Below are positions 53,256-64,000 of a DNA stretch of 64,000 nt, piece by piece. Made by a program: the position numbers and the translations under genes. Within the stretch, counting starts at the first letter, position 1; each line of letters opens with the position of its first letter. The stretch is taken from the NCBI RefSeq assembly GCF_008831285.2, contig NC_045138.2:17360001-17424000 (forward strand), in the 5' to 3' direction. The notes beneath the pieces are model-generated. The model made no database searches and was not told the origin of the DNA. It saw only the letters and a program-made list of their open reading frames with translations. This DNA comes from Nymphaea colorata. Taxonomy: Eukaryota.

Positions 53256-54201
53256 AAATTACACCAAAATATATGAACATGAGAAGGAAAATGGAAACAA
53301 TCGGATCCAGAAGACATAAGTTTTCGAGCAAATTTCAGATTAATGGGGGCTGCATGAGAAAGCATGAGAAAAACGAGGAGAAAATATAGGGAAGGGATCA
53401 TCAACACGAGAGCATCTTCACTCATTTCACTCACGAAATCCCGAAATTAGACAGCGAGCGAAAGGCGATTGCATACTTGTCGTGCTCTACGAGAGCAGCA
53501 GCGATGTGAGGAGAAGGAGACGCCGTCGAAGGCGACGGCGAGTATGCCATGTACCGGCCGCCCGAAGACATCTCTCTCGCTCTCTCTCTCTCTCTCTCCA
53601 GAGTCTATGGCGGTGCTCCCACAGCTCCACTCTCGCCTCTCAGTTTGCCACGATACCCAGCGTTTTATACTGCTCGTAGCAGAGAGAAAGAGTAGCTGCT
53701 CTCCTCTCCCGTAATTTTCGTGTTGAGCCGAATTAAACACGAAAATTACGGGAGAGGAGAGCAGCTACTCTTTCTCTCTGCTACGAGCAGTATAAAACGC
53801 TGGGTATCGTGGCAAACTGAGAGGGGAGAGTGGAGCTGTGGGAGCACCGCCATAGACTCTGGAGAGAGAGAGAGAGAGCGAGAGAGATGTCTTCGGGCGG
53901 CCGGTACATGGCATACTCGCCGTCGCCTTCGACGGCGTCTCCTTCTCTTCACATCGCTGCTGCTCTCGTAGAGCACGACAAGTATGCAATCGCCTTTCGC
54001 TCGCTGTCTAATTTCGGGATTTCGTGAGTGAAATGAGTGAAGATGCTCTCGTGTTGATGATCCCTTCCCTATATTTTCTCCTCGTTTTTCTCATGCTTTC
54101 TCATGCAGCCCCCATTAATCTGAAATTTGCTCGAAAACTTATGTCTTCTGGATCCGATTGTTTCCATTTTCCTTCTCATGTTCTATATTTTGGTGTAATT
54201 T
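53256..54201. ncRNA. Near-perfect palindrome of a KH/STAR (At5g56140/At4g26480-type) RNA-binding gene 5' end; candidate hpRNA/siRNA locus
   Basis: Arms 53256-53724 and 53736-54201 with an 11-nt loop GAGCCGAATTA. The right arm carries TATAAAA (53791), a GA-rich 5'UTR, ATG 53887 MSSGGRYMAYSPSPSTASPSLHIAAALVEHDK, donor AA|GTATGC (53982) and intron sequence. Mirror-image ORFs appear in the track (53198- and 54024+). Confidence 0.85.
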
Positions 54202-54228
54202 GTTGTCCCTTTCCTAAGAGGCTTATAA

Positions 54229-54309
<81 letters not shown>

Positions 54310-57300
54310 GGGGATATGTTGGGTTGGGCTTTAAAAATAAAAAATAGAAGACATGAAAGCAGAAGCACTTTATGAAAAAGATAATAAAAAATAACGATAA
54401 ACTAAAAACTGAGAAGCAAATCAGAGAAGCAATTTTCAACCCACTGAAAGAGTATGAAATTGAGTCGAATGAAGGCCCAAACCTTCACTTCTCCGACCTC
54501 AATCCTCTTAAAGTTTAGGACGACTTATTTTTGTTGTATAGGTTAACACCACCACTCTACCTCAACTTTCATATCGATACCTCATTATTTTTTGCACTAC
54601 AAAAAGTTGATGCAACAAAAGTTTGAATATGGGACTGACTGGCCCCCTCCCTTGAGAATAATATATAAGAATTAAATGGATTCACTAAGTAAGAGATAAG
54701 AGATGAACCAATTACTTGAAATAATCTTTAGGCTGATAAGGAAGGAGAGGATTCTCCAATCTTCCTCATCATTTTCCTCCTTATATACATTTTATTTTTT
54801 TCAATTATTTAATTATTATGGTCAACATTCCATGAAAAGTACTGCCCACTTGCCTTCACATTGGAGAGGGCAAAATTTCACAATCTTCCTTCCCATTTTT
54901 CTCTATATATAATTATATTCTTTTTCTTTATTCAATTTTTATTATAAATACTTGATGAAACACGTTTTTTAGCAATGCCTTCAAATTTCGAATCTGAAAG
55001 CTAAATGATTCTATGAACGGGTGAATCGAATCCGAATAGTTTGTGAATAAGAATTAATTAAAGTTTTATTTAGATATAAAAATTAAACAATTGAAAAATC
55101 AGACGGGAAAAGAAGAAAAATTTTTAAAAACTAAAAAAAAAGAACACAGTGAACTCAGTTAATGGCGATTCTGCAACTGCTAGCAGCATTTTTTTAGTAG
55201 CAATCACAATGAGTTATGATTTAAGGTGCAACAAAATAAATTAAAACTTATTGTATGCTCTATTTTAATAGAAAAAAGGTTGAAGGGCTAGTTGTATAAC
55301 TTTTGGTCGTCCTTCTATCCAGGTGGAGAGGCGACCCATACGAAAATCGCCAGATTTTTCATGGGCATTGAGTTGGCCTTCAGCGAACTGGTAAATAGCC
55401 GATTTGATTCAAATTGGCCGATTCACCGATTTCAATAACACTGGATTTTACAATGACGAGGACCCAATTTTGATTCAATCTTCTTCATCGTTTTTCTCCA
55501 TATATAATTTTATTTCTCCAATTATTAATTTATATGATAAAGACTAGTTGAAAAGTATAGCCCACTTGTTTTCACATGATTGGGTATGAAGTGAACTAAT
55601 AAACTCTTGTTCATATAACTAAAACAAAATCAGAAATTGAATCAAATGGACCGATTCTAAAAAAATAATAATAATAAGAAAAAGGAAAACATATAAAAGC
55701 TTATTAAAAGTTAAAACACAAAAAAAATTTAAAAAGTGAACAAAAAAATGATGTGTGTCACATGGGGAAAGCCTGGCATTGAAATTGATTTTGGAAGAGA
55801 TATTGGCAAAGATGAAACCTAGGGCAATGGTTCACAGCTTTGGGACCATTAACGGAGCTTAACGACTCGTTTGTATGAGGAACATTGTGGAGTGTTTTAT
55901 AAATATTACTCAATTGTTGAGTTAAATTTATGAATCACTTTAAAAAAAAATTCATGAATCTTCACCAATATTTAAGGTAGAATCATAAAACAACCTCATG
56001 CTTGACAGTTCAAAGTACCTTTCTACATCTTATTGACAAGCAACCCGTCCCTACTGTTCTGTCGTCACATAGAAATATATCTATACCATGTGCCCTATAT
56101 AATTTTCTTTTTATGTATTTTTATTTTTCTAACTTTTTATAGACTTTTAAGTGTTTGTTTTATTTAATTACTTCGAATCGATCCATTTGATTGATCAATT
56201 TTTTTATTTTTCGTTAATTCACCAGTAGAGTCTACGTCACTTATTATACCAAATCATGTGAAAACAAGTGGGCAGTACCTTTCATATTGTGTTCATCATA
56301 GAAATTAATTAAAATTAAAAGTGGAATAATATATAGGAGGAAAACGACCAACAAGATTGAAAAAATCCTTTCTCCATCAATGTACGTCAAAACCAGTGAC
56401 CGATACTATTTAAGGAGTATTTATAATGGAAATGAAATGAAGAAAAAATAAAATTATATACAAAGGAAAATCATAAAGAAGACTGGAAAGTCTACCCTCT
56501 CGTCGATGTGAAAGCAAGTCGTGGTACAATCTTCGTCGAGTCTTCACCATAATAATTAAGCAAATAATATATATATTTAAATGGGTGTGAATAACTTATG
56601 CTCCCTAACCCTCCCCAAAAAAAGAACTTTGGTTTTTTTTTTTTCACACTCGTTGCCTGAACACTTCAACCAGGTCTGAAATTGTTGTCAAAATACTTTG
56701 ATTTGTGAAATTAAAAAATTTGAGAAAAAACATACAAGTGCAAAAATCGATTGAAAGGAGTACTACCTAAAAGCATAAAAAATTTGAGAAAAAAGAAGTG
56801 CAAAAATCGATTGAAAATGAACAATTATGCCATATCACATACAAGTGAAGAAAAGTCGTAATATCTGAATACCAAACCAATGTTGGTCTGCTCGCTTTTC
56901 GGGGAAGATATTCAGTTTCATGACCAAAGACTCAATAAATGGATCTTTCTAACTGGTTTGAACCAGAGCCAAATATATATTTTTTGTGAATTTCGTTTCG
57001 TTCACGTCGGTACAGGGCTAACCTGATCTGGACCCATTTGTGCAATATCTGCATCTCTATTGGATTTAACGTTTGGATCAAGAATCAAATAAGAGCACCA
57101 TTCACCTAGTTAGTTCAACTTCAAGGGAAGTCAAGAGTTCAAAACTCATGCGGGGTGCAGAATAGGGCCTATCTAAGCTCGGCAGTCCTATTCTTTTTTA
57201 CTTGACCAAGAGGAAGAGAGGACAAGAGAAAGAACGAAACCACATTTAACTAGAAGAGGTCCTCATGAATCGCATATATAAGAAGAAAGAAGTTACATTC

Positions 57301-58180
57301 TCATCCAGTTCTCATCTATTATTTCTAATTCGTTTTACAAATTGGTATATGATTTGCAGGCAATTAACATGCCCAACTTTCGCCGTTGTTTTTTGCTTGC
57401 ATTAACATATAGAAATGTCGATGTGGACCAAAATTTGCATCTATGCTTTACCATATCTCTGATTTTTCAGATTTCTGTACGTCATGTTTTCAATTCATGT
57501 TCCTTTGCTGTCAAAGTAGAAATAAACATATCATTATCTTTAAATGATGTTTTCATTTGTCATATCTTACTCTCGATCCCCCAGTTCGTATGGTTTTCTT
57601 TCGAGACGGCACGTTGAAAGGAATGGGTGTTTGTGTGACTGGTGATGCATTAGCAAAGGGAGAGTGGGCTAAATAGGTTCCAACCGATGACTAGGGGGAG
57701 AAAGGAAGAGAACCGGTAGATGGGGCCGGTACATGACCCTACACACGTTTTAATGTGAGCACCAAAAAGAGGCTAAAGTTTTTTTTTTTTTTTGGTTTTT
57801 TTCCTCCTTCTCTTTTTTGTTTGTTGAAGTGTTTGTTTATTTGACTGAGCCAGGCTGGGTAGCGTTTTAATGGGAAGATCTTTTTATTAGAATCTCCCGT
57901 GTCTCTCGTCCTTAGTCTTGAATTTTATGTATTTTTTTAAAAAGAAGCATGGGAAGAAATGTTTTTTTTTTATATAAATGCATAAAATTTAAGTCGGAGG
58001 AGGGGGAAGGGGGATTTGAAAAAGAATATCTTTCCACAAAACTGCTACACAGCCTGGCACAGTCAAATAAACAAAAAAACAAGAGTGAGAAGAAAAAAAA
58101 AATTTACATGTGCCTCCATTTCCCTCTCTTGGTGCTCACATAAAATGTTTGATACTTACTTCCTAATGGGATGAAATTGT

Positions 58181-61100
58181 TGAACATGGGTGCGGTAGGT
58201 GTCTGCCGGTATTGTGGAAGTGCCTTTTGTTTCATAGATTAAGATGATTTTGTGGTTCAGTACTAAGTTTATCTTTTGAACCAGCTAGGACTTGTTGAGT
58301 TTACTGAATTTGCGATCTTCAGTTTATGACGAAAACTTGGGTTTCAGGCCGGATGGAAGAAGGGTTGGACGGTGGATCTGAGGTTCCCAATTATTGGTTT
58401 TGAAAGGCTCCCTAAAATATTTTCAAGACTGGTAAAAGGTTACACCACTTAGATTTTTCTGATGTTTGTTTTGTTAATTAAAGTAGCCAACTGGTACATC
58501 ATAAAATTGCTTATGGATAGAACATAAAATGCGGTATGTTTCTTTAAAATTTACGAATCGTCGAAAAAAAAATTAATTCTTTTAGAAAACTGCTGGCATA
58601 TAAATTGGTATGTTTGATATTTTCCCAATATATATTTACTTTTGAAATAAAAAAATAAAACTAATTAATAATAGTATTAACAGACATTTAAAGTAAACAA
58701 ACATTAAGCTTGTAAATTCATGTTGTAAGCCTATATTTCCAAAATTCATTGCATGTAATTGTTTACAAAAGTAAGTTGCTTAACTTAGAGCATGAATAAA
58801 TATATATTAATTATGATTTTTCTCAAAATTCTATTAATCAGGTTTTTTAATTATAAAGTGTAATTGTTTCTTTTCGTTTTAATTTCTTTGCGGATCGACC
58901 TTGATTTTGACCAAAAAAATTTATGGAAATAATGGTCTGAATGCCATGGCCGGCCGGTTGGATGTAGTCCGGACCGGACGCCGTGTTTTTTTTCCACCCA
59001 CAGTTGGGCGAGGGCAAATCAAGCACCACTTTATATAAATTTTTAATTAGTCACAGAAATAACAAATAAAGTATTTTTGTGCAAATGAATGGATAAGAAA
59101 TTTAAAATGCGTAGACAGTTTGAAGTTGATTTAAGATTTCCTAAGCAATTGACATTTCTTGAGATAGATGGGCGTGCTGCAGAAACAGGTTAGGCAAAGC
59201 AGTCAATTTCACTCTGAGCTTTTACCTGTTTAATGAGAATATTATCTGCGTTAAATATACCAAACAATGTAAAACTATTATTCAGCAAGAGCAAGATAAA
59301 GAAAGATACAAAAGCCAGACCATGGTATGTGTGTGAATACGTTTGCATATAATATATTGGGAAACGGGTGGAGGAACAGAAAATTGTAGTTGAGGAACAT
59401 TAGTTATAAAATTTTAAAATTTTAGGAGCACCAATATGTAAATGAGGAAATTTCACTGAAATATTCATATGAACTAAGAACTTTTGTGGGTCTGTGTGGT
59501 CAGTTGGCCACACAGTGCCCGCACTGCCTCCGCCCCTGTTAATGAATGAAGGGGAAGAATTGCAAATGAAAATACTTGCATTTGTAATACCTCCGGCCCT
59601 TCCCCTCTCCCCTCTCCCCCATCTTCGTCAGTGTTACAAAACCAGTTTTTGTGAAAAATGAGTTTTGGTCTCAAATTCATTTTCCGTGCTATCCAAAGAC
59701 ACTCAAAACCAGGCAACATTACTAAGTATACATAATCATATATGGAAAGTTCGGCATGTTTTTTCTTTTCTTTTTTACACCAGAAAACTGTATTCAAATA
59801 ATGCCATAATACGTCATCAGTTTTTAGAAACATGACTTTGCACTGCGCTTCATATGGTACATATACAGTAGAGTTTCATTAATATGGAATTGAACTGGAT
59901 TAAACTCAAAAGATAGAATTTCCTTATAATTGATAATACTCAAAAAAGTAGTTGTATTAATACGAAAACTGCCCTCAACAATAGACTACTTATTTTGTTT
60001 TCTCTAAAGTTTTAGCACAAGACAATGACTTGCTAAAGTCTTAATAGAGGCCGGTTTTTATTTTTGAGTGTCAGCAACATTGCATGCTCGATCAATGTGA
60101 CCGCTAAGGAGTACATCTGCTGCTTTTTCGGACATTAAAAATGTTGAAGATTTGTGTAGTTGCCTCAATAACATGTCTAGTATAAAAAAAAGAATTAGAG
60201 CGTTTTCTCTAGAGTTTGAGTCTATTTCAAAAAGGACTTAAATCCATAATTTTTGTACCCACATTTATACTTAAGAGAATTAGAGTTTTTTTTGCGTAAT
60301 TATCGATAAAAAATCTTCAACATTTTGTTTCTAAATCACCAACCAACAAATTGACAATGTTGAAAATAAATATTTGCTATAAAGAAAGACCTGAACGGTG
60401 CGAATATGATTTTGAAGATTTGGCTTTTCCCACATTTTAGAAAATCCCAAAAATCCAAGTTGTTTTCAATGCATTTGATCAAACTCAAACCATTAGTATC
60501 AAAAAGAGAATTAAAATTGATCAAAATCCTCATTGTGACCAATATTGGTAAATTAAAAGCTTATACTTTACCTTATTTAAATTTGCTTCGATGTAATATT
60601 TAAGTACATATTATCACTATAGTTAAATATGTGAATACAAATAAATTTCTTTGAACACTGTTTGTGTCTATTTTTGTATATAAAATCCACATGGTTCGCT
60701 CTTCATAGTTCAAAATCGCTGGTCCAATTTGTTTTCGATGCATTCGAAACATTTGAACTGATCAAACCATTTGGATTCTTAAGTACACTTAAAGCAAAAC
60801 AAAAACTGAAATAGATTTCATTCCTCTCCACCATCAATGTAGGTGAAAGCAAAAACACATGGTTTATCTTATTTTAGTCGATCTCGATGTAATATTTAAT
60901 TTTATGTTGGCATTACTAAGTGTAGTCAGACATGTGAATAAAAAAGCAATCTAATTAAGTTTATTTTGGTTTTCTCTCACATTAATCTCAACTTTAATTT
61001 AGTAACGAGTCGACAAAAAGAATCTTGGTCGGTTTCTAACAATATAAAAAAGTTGCTTTCCGTTTTCCATTATAGTTGATTCTTCTATTTAGATAGGCCA

Positions 61101-62788
61101 ACCTTAGCACATAAAAATCGCATGCATTTTGAAATAACATAAGTGAGTTGTATATAGAAGAACATAACTGCCCTCAAACTGAAACCTCCATTTATAACCT
61201 TGTTCACATTGACTCCATAAGAAGGTTGAAAGAAGAAAAGGAAAACTCATACGGAGTTCTCATCTCTGTGACTGTGTGGTCGAAGCATGTGAGCAAAAAG
61301 CCTGCTGGACGTTATATAAAGGGAGTGGCAGACTAAGAGAATCCCGAGCGACATAGAAAGAACAGAGGGAGTATGGCGCCTAAAGATAAGAGAGTAGCAT
61401 TACTGGAAGCATTAAATGGTCGCCTTCGGAACCGGGCAGTCAAATTGGGGATAGAAGAGAAAACTGTAACTAGTTTTCATGCTAACCATTTTGTACATTA
61501 CATTTTTTTATCATTGAATACGTAGTAATGTTTTTCATTTTTTCCAGCCAACCATTATGGGGATAACAGAAGATGGAGACCAAATCGTAAGGGTATTGAG
61601 CAACGATGAGCTGGAGACATGCATTATTATCGGGCGTCATAGTCCGTATGTGTTATTGGTTTTTGTTTTCATATGATCATTGGCTTTTAATTATCTATCT
61701 GTTGGTTCTTTTCACCTTTGATCTTTTTTTTCTTAGGTTTTCGTCTTTTTGCCTGCGGATTCCTGCAAACCTACAAGTTCTTAAACGAAGGGCTGAAGCA
61801 GCTGGTTTTAAAGTGGAGGTGGAGCCTTTGAAGAAACTTTAATGACGCTTTCTTCTTTTTCTTAAGTTCAGTTCAGGGTTCTGTAATAATGAAGACCAGA
61901 CGATCTTTGCACTCTTTATGCATGCATGTGTGATTTTACAATCAGATCTGCTTTCTGTTTACTTTATACGATTTCCCAGGTACTGTGCTTTGGAAGTTCA
62001 AGTGTGAGTCTGTGACTTAATATAATATCGTTGTCAAATGACGCCACAACTTTTTTTCTTTTGCCGGTTCTTCACCTTTTAGATTAGTTCCGTTTTTATC
62101 TTTTCTTAGATCAGAGTCATAATGAATCCACATCTGTAAATTTGAAAAAACAACATTCCATGAGCTTGTGTTTACATGAAAACAGGTAAATTAAGACTCC
62201 GAATACGAGCAAGAGTAGGATGTTGCTTTGGATGACAGATCCAGATAAATAGATCTAGATCTTTTCATATGATCCAGACAAAGCTCTCGTTTTCTACATG
62301 GTGCAAAATCCTCGGGTCTTTAAATCTTCCCAACGACCTGCAAAGTTTACAACTTCAAAGTTTGGCAGCATGAAAATCGTGTTTTCACTTGCCTAAACGG
62401 CCCACTCACCAAGTTAAGAAAACGAAAACAATATTGCTAGTCCATTGGGAACCAAATTAATTGGATCAGTCAATATAGTATGACTGGTGAGAGTCAATAA
62501 ACAATCGGTCAGATTATTCTGAATTATTTATAGTATTTTATATGTTAATCTTCTACGATATCAACACTCGAATTCTACATAAGCCTGTTATGTATTTTGA
62601 AACTTAGTAGTTTGTTTAACTCAAAACTGGCTCCAAATGTGTGCTTCATTGAATGGTGGGGACATTCAATATTAAATTCACATTACATTGATGAACAATA
62701 CAATTTATTTTAGTATAATTATTTATGAAACATTTGGGCTACAATTTCATCTTGTCGCTACACTGCCAACTAACAAATTAACAACCAT

Positions 62789-62819
<31 letters not shown>

Positions 62820-63708
62820 GTGGCCTGAGCAGCTGGGGTGTATAGTAATGAAAATTCAGTCTTTCTGCATTGCAGGTAATTCTGCTAATCCAATCTGTTT
62901 TAAAAGTGTTTGAAACATTCAAACTCAAAAAATTGTATCTGTAGTTGAAGCAAAGCGAGACGCAAAATAAATTTAAAATTCCACCCCATCATCAATATCT
63001 GTGTACTTTATTTACCTTCTTTTGGTTTATCCCAATGCAATATTGAACTTTTCTGTTATCATTACTGAGTATACAAAATTATACAAAATAATGAAATTAA
63101 GTTTGCGAAAGGGGGATGGTTTCTGTCACAGTATTCCCAGCTTAAATTAGTAACTAATTGACAATACCATGTTTCTAATGAATGAAGCAATCCATAAGAT
63201 CGTTTGGCAAACAGAACACTTTGTGGGTGTTTTGTGAACCTAACACAAAATTTAGGACAAATTCATGGACACTTAGCTTTAGTGTTGCATGAATCTACAC
63301 TAATCTTTGAGTAAGATTCGTAGAACAGTCACGTGGTGTTCCAACTTCCAAATAGCCTCTTAGGGTTCCATCTTAAGTGGATTCAAAGGGTTTTAACTTG
63401 TGTCTATAAATTCTTAGGCATATGGACTATCAAAAGTCAGGGTAAAGGGTCTCGTGTTTGAAAGGGACTCGTTTGGGGGGATGGCAATGGGTTCAAGATA
63501 GAGTTGTCTTCAACCTTGGCAATGGGATTTCCTTGAATGAAAACCCAAACTCTCCATGGATTTGGATTTGTAGCGCTAAAGTCAAAATTGGTTAATCCAC
63601 ATTGCCTTCTCTAACTCGTTTGTGAAGATTGAGTAATCCAGACACTAATGTTTTAAAGGATTTAGCCTTTTTTATTTCCATGTCTTATAAAGCAACAGAG
63701 TTTGTATG

Positions 63709-63752
<44 letters not shown>

Positions 63753-64000
63753 CTGACGGTTGATAAAATGAGGCATTTGTTTGAGGTTATCCCGGGACAA
63801 ACAAACCGGAGGAAGAAAAAAAAGATTTGACTTGATTTTTCTTTTTTGGTTTTGATTCGAACACGTAGAAAAAGCATTTTCCTTTCTTGAGGCAATGAGT
63901 ATGGAGGATGGAGCAGGGGTGGTGGGCATGATCGGATTAAATTGAGTTTTGGCCGTGAAGAAAAACAGCACACGATTTTGGGGTTCACTTTTAGTACATG
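58181..64000 (+). repeat. Segmental duplication copy 2 (partner 29726-35540), runs off the window end
   Basis: Collinear with copy 1. In addition 58143-58175 matches 29457-29490, so ~235 bp present in copy 1 are missing here. Confidence 0.97.
61373..61842 (+). CDS. Unrecognised small protein (98 aa), 3 exons, paralog 3 (apparently identical to paralog 2)
   Basis: Exons 61373-61465, 61548-61645, 61737-61842; lies in the duplicated segment. Confidence 0.75.

Noticed and set aside
53887..54027. Intact KH-domain gene
   Set aside because: Only exon 1 and the start of intron 1 are present; no downstream KH exons follow in the window.

Overview
Angiosperm nuclear DNA. The left 14 kb holds conventional genes: an 11-exon F-box/LRR gene recognisable as FBL17 (1985-6707, +) and a 2-exon Ole e 1-type pollen protein gene (9376-9940, -). 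From about 13.4 kb the window is a rapidly evolving, tandemly rearranged locus with four parts. (i) Three copies of an unrecognised 3-exon gene for a ~100-aa protein (13434, 32918, 61373), which the ORF track misses because of its introns. (ii) An ~8.6-kb array of ten ~880-bp units. (iii) A cluster of long inverted-repeat (hairpin) loci built from pieces of other genes: four complete hairpins and one half hairpin from an internally deleted DTX48-clade MATE transporter gene (36.3-52.0 kb), plus a near-perfect ~470-bp-arm palindrome of the promoter, 5'UTR, exon 1 and intron-1 start of a KH/STAR RNA-binding gene (53.25-54.2 kb). (iv) Nested duplications with ~9.6-kb and 28.45-kb periods. The strongest candidate for an undescribed system is an amplifying hpRNA/siRNA cluster aimed in trans at MATE and KH genes and co-duplicated with an orphan small-protein gene, next to male-germline/pollen genes. 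Function is inferred; family assignments come from recalled motifs, not database searches.
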